Origin: an uncultured Eubacteriales bacterium
GTDB taxonomy: Bacteria > Bacillota > Clostridia > Oscillospirales > Acutalibacteraceae
Length of the DNA: 40,719 nt
Direction of reading: 5' to 3'
Assembly (NCBI GenBank): GCA_900319455.1
Contig: ONON01000092.1
Span: 1-40,719, forward strand
The notes beneath the pieces are model-generated. The model saw only the letters and a program-made list of their open reading frames with translations, ran no database searches and was not told the origin of the DNA. Both the position numbers and the translations under genes were made by a program. Numbering within the stretch: position 1 is the stretch's first letter; every line of letters begins with the position of its first letter. Shown here piece by piece: positions 8,795 to 17,911 of the stretch.

Positions 8795-10225
8795 TCAAAA
8801 TCTGAAATAAAGGAAAGGATTGTATGTGTCGCCGGCGAGAGCCATTGACGAGAGAATGAGCAAAACAGCGGGGTGAACAACATCCCAGACGCCGTATATT
8901 AATCCGGCGGGAGCGGATGTTTGAGCTTTTTTGCGCAGGGCGTTTATTATTGCTTTGCCGAACGGCAGACAGGCGACCGATGAAAAGATGAGAAGCCTGT
9001 AGTTCGATGAAAACGCCAGTGAAACAGCCTTGCCTGAAAACGGGTTGTGATTAAGCCCGAACAGGCCTTTAATCACGGTGCCGAGAGACGCGAAATCCTC
9101 AAACTTGAAGATTATCCAGCAGAAATAGACAATAATCAAAACAATAAGGATACGCATCGCTTTCGGTACCCGTTCAAGTCTCTTGCCCAAAACAAATTTT
9201 TCAAGAACAAGAAAAGTGAAGAAGTAAAGCCCCCAAATTACATAGTTCCAGCTCGCGCCGTGCCATAACCCCGTGAGCCCCCACACAATAAACAGGTTTA
9301 AAACCTGCCTCGCTTTTCCCCTGCGGTTGCCGCCGAGCGGAATATAGACATAATCGCGGAAAAATGTTGAAAGCGATATATGCCATCTGCGCCAGAAATC
9401 CGTAACGGAATCCGCGATATAAGGATAATTGAAATTTTCACGGTAGTGAAATCCGCACATAAGTCCCATTCCGATTGCCATATCGGAATAAGCCGAAAAG
9501 TCAAGATAAATCTGAAGCATAAAAGCAAAACCGGCAAGCCACAGACCGAGGGCGGGGGTTTTCGCGAGTTCCGAGGGTGTTTTGTCAAAAAACAGATCCG
9601 CCACAGCCGCGCAGGAGTTCGCGAGCACAGCCTTTTTCGCGAGACCGACGGAAAAACGGCTTATGCCTCTGCCGATTTCCGCGCGGTTTACACGCCTTGA
9701 GAGAATATCATTTTCAACATCCGAATAACGCACAATGGGGCCCGCTATGCACTGATGAAAAAGGCAGGCGTAAAGCAGAAGCACCCAAAACTTTTTCTGC
9801 GCCGCCACCTGACCGCGGTAAACATCAACAACATAACTGATGAGCTGAAAACTGTAAAAGCTTATGCCGACAGGCAGCGCTATTGAAATCATTTCGGACG
9901 GAAAACCGAAAATCGATTGAAGCGTGCCGCAGACAAAGCCCGTATATTTGAAAATTCCGAGCACAAGCAGAACGGCGAAAACAGAAAAGCCCAACAGAAT
10001 TTTTCTGTCGGTTCTGTCGGCGTTTTCCAAAAGCCGAGCCGCTCCCCAACACACAAAAGTGTCAAAGAGCAGCAACAGAAAATAGACCGGGCCCGCCCAG
10101 CAGTAAAAAAGTATTGAGAAAACGAGCATAGCCGCGTTTTTATATTCGGTTTTTTTCAGAACAATCTGCGAAAGCAGGTTGAATGACAGAAAAAGGAACA
10201 CAAACAGAAGGCTTGAAAAAACCAT
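8795..10225 (-). CDS. MBOAT-family O-acyltransferase (AlgI/DltB-like)
   Basis: MVFSS start, LPVGISFYSFQ, IAGPIVRY, DFSAYSDMAIG, ENFNYPY, FWRRWHISL, GLWHGA, and C-terminal PFLYFRF. Confidence 0.95.
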   Translation of the reverse strand: MVFSSLLFVFLFLSFNLLSQIVLKKTEYKNAAMLVFSILFYCWAGPVYFLLLLFDTFVCWGAARLLENADRTDRKILLGFSVFAVLLVLGIFKYTGFVCGTLQSIFGFPSEMISIALPVGISFYSFQLISYVVDVYRGQVAAQKKFWVLLLYACLFHQCIAGPIVRYSDVENDILSRRVNRAEIGRGISRFSVGLAKKAVLANSCAAVADLFFDKTPSELAKTPALGLWLAGFAFMLQIYLDFSAYSDMAIGMGLMCGFHYRENFNYPYIADSVTDFWRRWHISLSTFFRDYVYIPLGGNRRGKARQVLNLFIVWGLTGLWHGASWNYVIWGLYFFTFLVLEKFVLGKRLERVPKAMRILIVLIIVYFCWIIFKFEDFASLGTVIKGLFGLNHNPFSGKAVSLAFSSNYRLLIFSSVACLPFGKAIINALRKKAQTSAPAGLIYGVWDVVHPAVLLILSSMALAGDTYNPFLYFRF

Positions 10226-10303
10226 AATTTCTCCCGGTATCTGTAATTGAATCACTGCGCTGTCGGCAGAAATTCAATGTAATTTTGCACAACAGCCTTA
10301 CCC

Positions 10304-10332
10304 ATTTTATAGTAAATTCAAACAAATATCAA
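10304..10332 (-). promoter_or_regulatory. Sigma-A promoter of MBOAT-DHHW
   Basis: TTGATA-17 nt-TAAAAT. Confidence 0.55.
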
Positions 10333-10660
10333 GTGCCTTTATTATTTTGTAATTTTTTCTTGTTGGTTCACAACAGAAGCAAGACAAAGAGAGAGAAACT
10401 CATCTTTCTACCATATAAACATCCATCGGTATTTCGAAGTTTTCGGTTGGGGATGTTGTGCGCCTTCTTTCGGTTTCATCTTTCGGTTTTTCGGGTTTTT
10501 CGGCAACATACGCCTTGAATTGCCTGCCCAGGTCCCAGTGTGCTCAGAGAAAACATTTTTGTAACACCTTGTTTTTTGTTTAAAACTAATGTCTAAGGAG
10601 GCAACAACGATTTTTCACCTTGCCTATCTGTTCATCTGTATTGCTGATTATTATATAATT

Positions 10661-11764
10661 CTATTCCCGGTATTTTTCCCGGTATTTATCATTATATGGG
10701 GTATCTTCATAACCCAAAGATTGAAGTTTTTTAACCATACGATCAAGTTTACCTTTCCACATTTTATTAAACCACTGCGTATGTCCAAACCATTTAACGA
10801 TTGTAGGGCTTATTGCGTAGTAAAGAGTAATAAACAATCTGCCATACCAGGTCAAAGCAAGTGAATAATCGCGATATCTGCGAAGAGTCCAAACTTCGGG
10901 ACAATCATATGAACCATAAACCGCCGTAGCAACATAACATCCACTTTTGCTGTTTGTAGACACCTTATCATATGATATATTATTTACAGTCGATTCTGGT
11001 AATCCCTTCATAAATAGATCTAATTTCTTCTGTCTTGAGTTTATAGCTTCATCGGTAAGTTTACGGCCATAAATCTCTAATCGCTTAACATCAGCTTCGC
11101 ACACAGACCCATAAAGTTCAGCTAATTGTGCTACTTTTTCATGCATGTCTTCATGTGATTCAATATACTCAACAGGAATCATTGTTTTAAATAGTAACGC
11201 CTGATTAGTATTGCCCAAATAAAGAGTCCTTGTTACTTCATCTCCTTGAACTACTCCATTCACACTTATTCCAGCAAGACTTTTAATTTGTGCGGTATCT
11301 TTAAGTTTTGATAATGAAATTAACAAGATTGTGGTTGCTCTATCTAAATAATTCAGATAAACTTCATGCGTTATTTCTTCTTTTTCATCCTCAGACGCAT
11401 ATTTAATCGCATTATTTGCATAACTAACTGTTTCTGTAAATTTTGAATCCCCGACAGTGGCTGTAAGCGCAACGGTTTTCATTTTTAATAACCAAGCATA
11501 ACTTGATTCTGGATTTATTTCTAAAACTTTATTGACGTATTCTTGCGCTTCTTTTCCGTTGCTTGCTTTAATTGCATTTTCTGCCATTGATAAATAGTTT
11601 TTTAATGATTCAGTATTGTCAACTTTAACACTACCGGTATGTTCAACAACTATTTTGTCCTGCATTATTTTTGTTCCGCAGTAATTGCAAAAACCAAATT
11701 CTCTAAATTCATCAAGTTGAGCATCCGCTCCGCATTGAGGGCATTTTACCGCAACAAGTCCCAT
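10661..11764 (-). CDS. Zinc-ribbon / TPR-like / CFI-box-CTERM domain protein
   Basis: N-terminal CPQCG...CNYCG; TPR-like A..YVNKVLEINPESSYAW; C-terminal GCYVATAVYGSYDCPEVWTLRRYRD...YYAISP. ATG 11764 follows the RBS AAGGAG. AT-rich. Confidence 0.85.
   Translation of the reverse strand: MGLVAVKCPQCGADAQLDEFREFGFCNYCGTKIMQDKIVVEHTGSVKVDNTESLKNYLSMAENAIKASNGKEAQEYVNKVLEINPESSYAWLLKMKTVALTATVGDSKFTETVSYANNAIKYASEDEKEEITHEVYLNYLDRATTILLISLSKLKDTAQIKSLAGISVNGVVQGDEVTRTLYLGNTNQALLFKTMIPVEYIESHEDMHEKVAQLAELYGSVCEADVKRLEIYGRKLTDEAINSRQKKLDLFMKGLPESTVNNISYDKVSTNSKSGCYVATAVYGSYDCPEVWTLRRYRDYSLALTWYGRLFITLYYAISPTIVKWFGHTQWFNKMWKGKLDRMVKKLQSLGYEDTPYNDKYREKYRE
10664..10687. repeat. 12-bp exact tandem duplication (TTCCCGGTATTT x2)
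   Basis: Encodes KYRE-KYRE immediately before the stop codon. Confidence 0.9.
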
Positions 11765-12035
11765 AAAATTATTCTCCTTAATACTATTAAAGTTATTCAC
11801 CTTATCCTGCGAATAATTAATTATTGCACACAAAAAAAAACAAGCCTTTTTCTTTAGTCATTTTGACGAATTTAAAAAATATGAGTATTTTGAACCTCCA
11901 TCCGATGAAAATCATTCGGATGAGTAAAGCATCAACTGTAAAAAACTGATAGGAAAACGGTACAAAAACACCGATACGGTATCGGGGAAAAAGTGCCAAA
12001 AACAGCCACTCTTGAAATCGTTTTTTTAGCAAAGG

Positions 12036-12068
12036 CAGCGGCTCTCAAACGAGAACCGCTGTTTTTTT
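12036..12068. terminator. Hairpin terminator downstream of the MMPL gene
   Basis: Minus strand CAGCGGTTCTC-GTTT-GAGAGCCGCTG; a T7 tail follows on the plus strand. Confidence 0.65.
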
Positions 12069-12130
12069 CGGATATATATTTGTTGTTCACTCATCAAACT
12101 CAGGCTGTGTAACGATAACACGCGCACGGT

Positions 12131-15100
12131 TTATTTGAATTTTTTAATAAAGGCGTCAAGCGGGGATTCTCCCGAAGCCTGAGCGGTTGTTTGCTGCTGT
12201 GTCTGCTCTTTCTCAATTGACGGGGTCATATAAACAAACAGAACGGACGCGGTCATATCCTGCGCGGCGTCGGTAAAAACGCGGTATGAATTGCCGAAAT
12301 TTATCCATTTCTCCGTTCTTGCGGCTATTTCCCCGGCGCTTTCGGTCAGAGAGCCGTATTTTTCCTCAAGCTTTTTCAGGTCGGTTTCACCGAGCACCGA
12401 AACCAGTTTTGAAACGGCGCTTACGGTGTCGTCATTGAGCAGGCTTACAAGGTAATCCACAGTGCTCCGGTTGTCGTTGAGCACCTTTTGAATTTCAGCT
12501 ATTTTCTCAAGTGTGTCAGGCAGATTGGCAATCGCCTTCGCCACCTCGGGGGCTTGTAAATCTTTGAGCAGAGAATTCGCGACGGGCATTGCGTCGCCCA
12601 TATCCGAAAGCCCCGCAAAAAACTTGGTAACGCTTGAGTCGGAGAGCAGTTCAACCGCCTTTACGGTGTTTTCATCCGTCATAAATTCCAGCAGTTTTTT
12701 AAGCTGGGCGTTGTTTTCCGGCGCGGTGTATTTTGTAAGCACATCTATGAGTGCCTTGTTGTTTTTATAGAGGTCAACAACATCGCTCACAAGGCCCGTG
12801 AGCTGAGCCGCACTCTGCCCGGAGGTCAGGGTGTTAATGAGCGTGTCAACATCCATTTTGCCCAATGTGTTCTGAACCTCGCTGAGAACCGACAGCACGG
12901 ATTTTAAATCGTCAACGGAGTTTTCGCCGCCGAGCTCAAGGTTGAGCGAGCTTATCGGAATTGCGGCAAAATACATATTGCCCAGCGAGAAGTTCTCGGC
13001 ATCGGCTGTGACGCTCGCGGTTGAGCCTATTTCTATGCCCGTGATTTCATCAAGCCCCATATCCTTCAGACCGAGGCTTTCAACCATACCCGGCATTCCG
13101 AACATAACGGCGATTTCCTTTGTTCCGTCGCCTATCGCTCTGCCGTTTTTAACCTGAACTCCCGAAAACTCCGCCTCCGGCAGAATAAACCCGCCCACTA
13201 CGAACACGGGCAGATAGATGTTCTGCTCTTTGCCGTCAATCTTAACTTTTTTGCAAAGATTGTTTTTCATATTTACATTTATTTCAACCTTGCCGCTCTT
13301 GCCCGCTAATTTATCGGGCGGGATTTTTTTGCCGTCAAGGCTGTAGCTTATTTCAATCTCAACGGGCGGTTTTTCGGATGAGGTGCCGCTGTAATACAAA
13401 TCGGTGTCTGTCATATTCCATTTTACCGTTTCGCCGTCAATAACGGGCAGCGTTTCACCCTTGATGTTCTCAATGTTTTTCAGGTTGCTTTTATCATTTA
13501 CGCAAACCTTTCCCTTGTCGGTGTGCAGCCAGTCCGTCACGCTTACCGTTTCGATTTTGCCGCTGCTGTTCATATTGATATAAACCGTTTCGGATTTGCT
13601 CACCGAACCGGGCTTTGCCGTGTAAACCGGTTGCGCGGCGGTCTGAACGGACACCCTGTCTGTTTCGGAATCCGCCTTGCCTTTTCCCGCCGTGCAGGCA
13701 GTCAGAGAGACAAGCATCGCGAGCGCCGTGCACACGGCAGCAGTTTTCTTTATTATTGAGGAAGCCTTCATCTTCTTTTTATCCTCCGTTTTGTTTTTGG
13801 CTTTTTTGCCCTCTTTCGGGCTGTATGTGGTTTTGTTTATCAGGCTGTCAAAACAGGTAAGCAGCGCGGGAAGGAATATCATTATCACAAGCCCGCTCAC
13901 CACCGCGCCCCTCGCGAGCATTGAGCAAATGGATTTGACTATTTCTATATTGCACACGCAGTAAACGCCGAAGGTAGCGCTGAAAAACACGAGCGCGGAC
14001 TGAAAAACGGATTTATCCGACTCCCTTGCGGCTATCCGCATGGCCTCAAGTTTTTTATGCCCGTTTTTCTTTTCCTCACGGTATCTTGTAGTCATAAGTA
14101 TGGCGTAATCAACCGTTGCCCCGAGCTGTACGCAGCTTATTATTGTGGGGGCGATGAACGAAACATCCGCTCCGGTAATCAGTGAAGCGGCAATGTTTAT
14201 GAATATTGCCAGCTCAATCGCGGCAACAAGCAAAACGGGAATGGAAACGGATTTGAAAATAACGGCAATCAATATGAAAATCGCGGCTATTGAAATTACG
14301 CTTGTTACGCGGAAGTCTCTGTCGGTAACGGTGATAAGGTCTTTTGACATGGCTCCCTCACCGGTGAGAAAACCGTTTTCATCATATTTTTTGAGAATTT
14401 CGGTCAGAGCGTCAACCTGCGCGTTTTCCTCATTTGACGAGGGGGTGTAAACCGAGTTTACCATCATAAGCTGTTTGCCGTTTTTGAAGCAGATGTCGCG
14501 GATGCTGTCGGGAAGAATATCCTCGCTTATCGCCGGGCCGACAAATGAGTTCAATGATATTATGCCCGAAACGCCGTCAACCGCCTCAAATTCATCAATC
14601 ATTTCGGAAACCCTGCCCGACGGCACATCATCGTCTATTATAATGAAATGCGTGGTTGCCATATTAAAATCGCTCTTCAGCTTGCCGAGCGCCTGAACGG
14701 AGTCAAGCTGTTCCGGCAGCGCGTTTGAAACAACATAGTCAAGCGGCACGGCGCTTTTCGCGATATATGACGGAATTATCAGAGCGGCGAAAACAATCGC
14801 GAAGACTTTGCGGTGCCCGATTACAAAATCCGTAAGGCGGCCGAAGCCGGGTATAATCCGCCTGTGCCTGAACCTGTAAATCGGCTTGTAGAACATAAGC
14901 AGAAACGCGGGCAGCACAACAACCACCGTAGCCACGCCGAAAACAACACCTTTCGCCATAACAATGCCGATATCAAAGCCGAGCGTAAGGCTCATAAAGC
15001 ACAGCGCGAGAAAGCCGAACACCGTGGTCAGTGAAGAGCCGGCAAGCGAAACAAATGTTGATGAAACAGCGCGCGCCATAGCGTCGGTTTTGTTATCTGT

Positions 15101-15880
15101 TTTGCCTTGCTCCTCATTAAACCTGTCCATAAGAAAAACGGAGTAATCCATTGTGACGCCGAGCTGCAAAATCGCCGCCACGCTTTGGGTAATATATGAA
15201 ATTCCGTTCGGCATAAAAATATTTGTGCCGAGGTTGTAGATTACCGCATAGCCGAGAGCCGTAAGCAGCACAAGCGGAAGCACCCACGAATCCATTGTGA
15301 AAGAGAGCGCAACAAGCGCCAGAGCAACAGCTATAACAATATATTTCGGCGCTTCGGAATCGGTAAGGATTTTTGTGTCCGTTATAATCGCAGACATACC
15401 GCTGAGAAAACACTGTTTATTCAGCTTTGTGCGTATTTCCCTTATGGCGTTCATCGTGAGCGATGTTGCCGAGCCCTGCTCAAACTGAATCATAAGCAGG
15501 GTTGATTTGCCGCCGTTCGCGTAAAATATATCGGTGAGCGCGTCGGGGAGCATTGACTGCGGAATGCTTATATCGGCTATATCGTCAACCCAGGTGACTT
15601 TTGACACGCCTTCAATTTGCGAAATCTCATTTTTGATTTTCACAACATCTTTCGCGCTCATATCGTCAATAACGAGAAAAGCGTTTGCCGCAAGCCCGAA
15701 TTCCCTGTCGAGTATATCCTCGCCCCTGACGGATTCAATATCCTCGGGCAGATATGACATTATATCGTAATTTACAAAAGTGCTTATATAGCCGAAAAAA
15801 GACGGAATAAGCAGCAGTGTTGCCACCGTTAAGATGATTTTCGGGTGGCGGGCAATGAAATAAGATATTTTTTCAATCAT
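12131..15880 (-). CDS. MMPL/RND-family transporter fused in frame to a lipoprotein-like extracellular (YhgE/Pip N-terminal-like) region
   Basis: Two MMPL repeats (LQLGVTMDYSVFLMDRF and VQLGATVDYAILMTTRY) in the first ~690 aa, then KSETVY...VSVTDWL...YSLDGKKI.P..LAGKSGKV and a helical region. Confidence 0.85.
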   Translation of the reverse strand: MIEKISYFIARHPKIILTVATLLLIPSFFGYISTFVNYDIMSYLPEDIESVRGEDILDREFGLAANAFLVIDDMSAKDVVKIKNEISQIEGVSKVTWVDDIADISIPQSMLPDALTDIFYANGGKSTLLMIQFEQGSATSLTMNAIREIRTKLNKQCFLSGMSAIITDTKILTDSEAPKYIVIAVALALVALSFTMDSWVLPLVLLTALGYAVIYNLGTNIFMPNGISYITQSVAAILQLGVTMDYSVFLMDRFNEEQGKTDNKTDAMARAVSSTFVSLAGSSLTTVFGFLALCFMSLTLGFDIGIVMAKGVVFGVATVVVVLPAFLLMFYKPIYRFRHRRIIPGFGRLTDFVIGHRKVFAIVFAALIIPSYIAKSAVPLDYVVSNALPEQLDSVQALGKLKSDFNMATTHFIIIDDDVPSGRVSEMIDEFEAVDGVSGIISLNSFVGPAISEDILPDSIRDICFKNGKQLMMVNSVYTPSSNEENAQVDALTEILKKYDENGFLTGEGAMSKDLITVTDRDFRVTSVISIAAIFILIAVIFKSVSIPVLLVAAIELAIFINIAASLITGADVSFIAPTIISCVQLGATVDYAILMTTRYREEKKNGHKKLEAMRIAARESDKSVFQSALVFFSATFGVYCVCNIEIVKSICSMLARGAVVSGLVIMIFLPALLTCFDSLINKTTYSPKEGKKAKNKTEDKKKMKASSIIKKTAAVCTALAMLVSLTACTAGKGKADSETDRVSVQTAAQPVYTAKPGSVSKSETVYINMNSSGKIETVSVTDWLHTDKGKVCVNDKSNLKNIENIKGETLPVIDGETVKWNMTDTDLYYSGTSSEKPPVEIEISYSLDGKKIPPDKLAGKSGKVEINVNMKNNLCKKVKIDGKEQNIYLPVFVVGGFILPEAEFSGVQVKNGRAIGDGTKEIAVMFGMPGMVESLGLKDMGLDEITGIEIGSTASVTADAENFSLGNMYFAAIPISSLNLELGGENSVDDLKSVLSVLSEVQNTLGKMDVDTLINTLTSGQSAAQLTGLVSDVVDLYKNNKALIDVLTKYTAPENNAQLKKLLEFMTDENTVKAVELLSDSSVTKFFAGLSDMGDAMPVANSLLKDLQAPEVAKAIANLPDTLEKIAEIQKVLNDNRSTVDYLVSLLNDDTVSAVSKLVSVLGETDLKKLEEKYGSLTESAGEIAARTEKWINFGNSYRVFTDAAQDMTASVLFVYMTPSIEKEQTQQQTTAQASGESPLDAFIKKFK

Positions 15881-16478
15881 CCGGTTTCACCTCCGCAATA
15901 TTCAAAACAGCTTTATTAAGAACCGGGCGGATCTCCTCAAGGGTAAAGGGTCCCGTGCCCATAACCGCTTCACAGCAGACGGAGCCGACCGTTTCGGTAA
16001 TAAGATATATTATCTTTTTCGCCCGGTTTTCACTGTATCCTTCATCGCAGAACGCCTTTGCGAACAGTGAAACAACGCTGTCAATCTCCTCGCTGCCTCC
16101 GGACACAAACCGTTTGAAACAGGCTGAAAAATTCCTGCTCAAAAGCGCGGCGAGCTCACGGTGCCTCGCGAGATAATCCTCGGAGTATTCCGTAATAAAC
16201 ATTATTTTTTCTTTGAGTGAAAACCGCTCATAACCGGAAGCCTCTCTGAGGCGGCGCACGCCTTCCCCGAACATTTCCGCGGTTTTGTGCGCCACTATCT
16301 GGTCAAGAAGGTCATACTTATCTTTAAAGTATAAGTAAAACGTTCCCTTCGCGACGCCCGCCATTTTCACCACATCGTCAACAGCGGTGGCCGCGAAACT
16401 CTTATCCATAAAGAGCGCCGAGGCGGCGTCAAGGATACTGTTCCTTTTTAATGTTTTCTTTTCTTCTACAGTTGCCAT
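15873..16478 (-). CDS. TetR/AcrR-family transcriptional regulator
   Basis: HTH VDDVVKMAGVAKGTFYLYFKDKYDL. ATG 16478 follows the RBS GAGGT; 3' end overlaps the MMPL start by 8 nt. Confidence 0.95.
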   Translation of the reverse strand: MATVEEKKTLKRNSILDAASALFMDKSFAATAVDDVVKMAGVAKGTFYLYFKDKYDLLDQIVAHKTAEMFGEGVRRLREASGYERFSLKEKIMFITEYSEDYLARHRELAALLSRNFSACFKRFVSGGSEEIDSVVSLFAKAFCDEGYSENRAKKIIYLITETVGSVCCEAVMGTGPFTLEEIRPVLNKAVLNIAEVKPDD

Positions 16479-16500
16479 ATTTTTACCTCGTATAAAAAAC

Positions 16501-16552
16501 TGACCATCGGTCATTTCACGCATAGCTTAACGCAAAAATGACCGGCAGTCAA
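16501..16552 (-). promoter_or_regulatory. tetR-MMPL promoter with two TGAC-N5-GTCA operators
   Basis: TTGACT(16547-52)-17 nt-TAAGCT(16524-29). Operators TGACCATCGGTCA (16501-13) and TGACCGGCAGTCA (16539-51, overlapping the -35). Confidence 0.75.
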
Positions 16553-16617
16553 TATTTTTTGTGCAGTATTCACATTTTATTAACAATTTTTCAGGTTATT
16601 ATGCCGTAAGGGGTTTG

Positions 16618-16629
16618 TTTCGCCCGCCG
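16618..16629 (+). repeat. 12-bp direct repeat, left copy (TTTCGCCCGCCG)
   Basis: Identical to 18253-18264. Confidence 0.8.
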
Positions 16630-16660
16630 GCGCACTCCCATCGAAGGAAAGCGGAAATCA

Positions 16661-17389
16661 TCAAAGAGAAAGCGATTTAAATATATCATCTGTATTATTG
16701 AGTTCTGCCCATCGAGCTGTCAGCAATCTGACATATAATGTTGATTCCAGCCCGTATGCCCCAAGCGAATATCCGTCGTTTGCTTCAATAAGCAGCGTTC
16801 TTCCGTCTTTTGTTACGCCGAAATCCAAGGCGAAACCCGCAGGCATATCGGGATAAGCGCGAACCGCTTCATCTATAATATTCCTGTTATATAAAAAATC
16901 TTTTTCGCCGTAATAAAACTCTATCCCGATGATTCTTCCGTACAGCAGAAAACATCTCCATTCAGAAACGAAGTCCACAACTTCACTGCAATGAATATCC
17001 GTTTCCGGGTCAATGAACCTGTAAGGGTGAAGATCCTCCCAGGAATTTACGACAATTGCCGGAGCAAGTTTATCTTCAACGGGTTTCATAAAAAAAGGCA
17101 GTTTTTCTTTTTTTATATCTTTAAGTTTTGTATCCCATATTTTTCTGCCGCGAAATTCAATTAACTCTTCAGGGTAATCAAAAGATTCCGCCGTGAGCCC
17201 TCTCTGGTTCAGCGCGTGCCAGGTAATAATTGTGCCCCCGACAACCACATCCTCCGGGTTTCTTTTATCAAACTCTTCATTCGTTGTGAACAAAACGGTT
17301 TCCACACCGAGTTTTTGAAAACCGTCATACGCAATCCGGCAATCGGTATTATACGGCTTGTTTTGAAAACCGTGAATAAAAGCTCTCAT
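16661..17389 (-). CDS. ATP-grasp domain protein, R2K/DUF4343-like
   Basis: DYPEEL..F.GRKIW, PFFMKP, SEVVDFVSEWRCF, LDFGVTKDGRTLLIEANDGYSLGAYG. Confidence 0.8.
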   Translation of the reverse strand: MRAFIHGFQNKPYNTDCRIAYDGFQKLGVETVLFTTNEEFDKRNPEDVVVGGTIITWHALNQRGLTAESFDYPEELIEFRGRKIWDTKLKDIKKEKLPFFMKPVEDKLAPAIVVNSWEDLHPYRFIDPETDIHCSEVVDFVSEWRCFLLYGRIIGIEFYYGEKDFLYNRNIIDEAVRAYPDMPAGFALDFGVTKDGRTLLIEANDGYSLGAYGLESTLYVRLLTARWAELNNTDDIFKSLSL

Positions 17390-17600
17390 ATCGTTTCCTT
17401 TTCCTTTTGCATTTGAGCAAATATTAATATCATTTTCTTTGCGTCCGAAAAATCAGTTTCAAATAACACTTTCCCATATATTTTCTTCATGTTTTTGCCC
17501 GGATAACCGCACTTTTCCGCAAAATATGACTGAACACAGAGTTTTATCAGCAATAAAGCAGAAGATGAAATCAATTTTGAACAAACGGCAGACGTGACGA

Positions 17601-17897
17601 TCAGGCCGAGGGCAGAGCGGAAATTGAATTTAACGCGTCTGCTATCCGGTGTTTAAGGTTTCTTATATCAATATCATTCTGGATGTTCAGAAAATATTTG
17701 TCGGATACCCCGAAATATTTTGCGAGACGCAGCGAGGTTTCCGCGGTAATCTTTCTGCGGTCGTGAAGAATATCCTGTATTCTCGAAGTGGGAACGCCGA
17801 TTTCTTTCGCAAGCCTGTACGCGGAAATGCCGAGAGGTTCCATAAACTCTTCGCGAAGTATCTCACCGACGGCAGGTGTTTCAATTGTTCTGTTCAT
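17601..17897 (-). CDS. higA: HigA-family antitoxin (Xre HTH)
   Basis: GEILREEFMEPLGISAYRLAKEIGVP...RRKITAETSLRLAKYFG.....FLNIQ; lies downstream of the toxin. Confidence 0.93.
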   Translation of the reverse strand: MNRTIETPAVGEILREEFMEPLGISAYRLAKEIGVPTSRIQDILHDRRKITAETSLRLAKYFGVSDKYFLNIQNDIDIRNLKHRIADALNSISALPSA

Positions 17898-17911
17898 ACA
17901 GCACTCTCCTT

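Noticed and set aside
10430-10510. TTTCGG repeats as a possible CRISPR array or iterons
   Set aside because: The units are only 6-8 bp and irregularly spaced, there is no repeat-spacer periodicity, and no cas or rep gene is present.
11899-11922. Small hairpin CATCCGATGA...TCATTCGGATG upstream of the CFI-box gene
   Set aside because: It is isolated, has no U-tail and matches no RNA family I recognise, so no function can be supported.
10360-12090. TTGTTGGTTCAC / TTGTTGTTCAC as flanking repeats of the AT-rich islet
   Set aside because: The match is imperfect and short, and the right copy lies between the MMPL stop and its terminator, which does not fit a clean insertion boundary.
17386-17574. 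62-aa ORF overlapping the ATP-grasp start
   Set aside because: No recognisable motif or good RBS. It could be a remnant, but I cannot support that.
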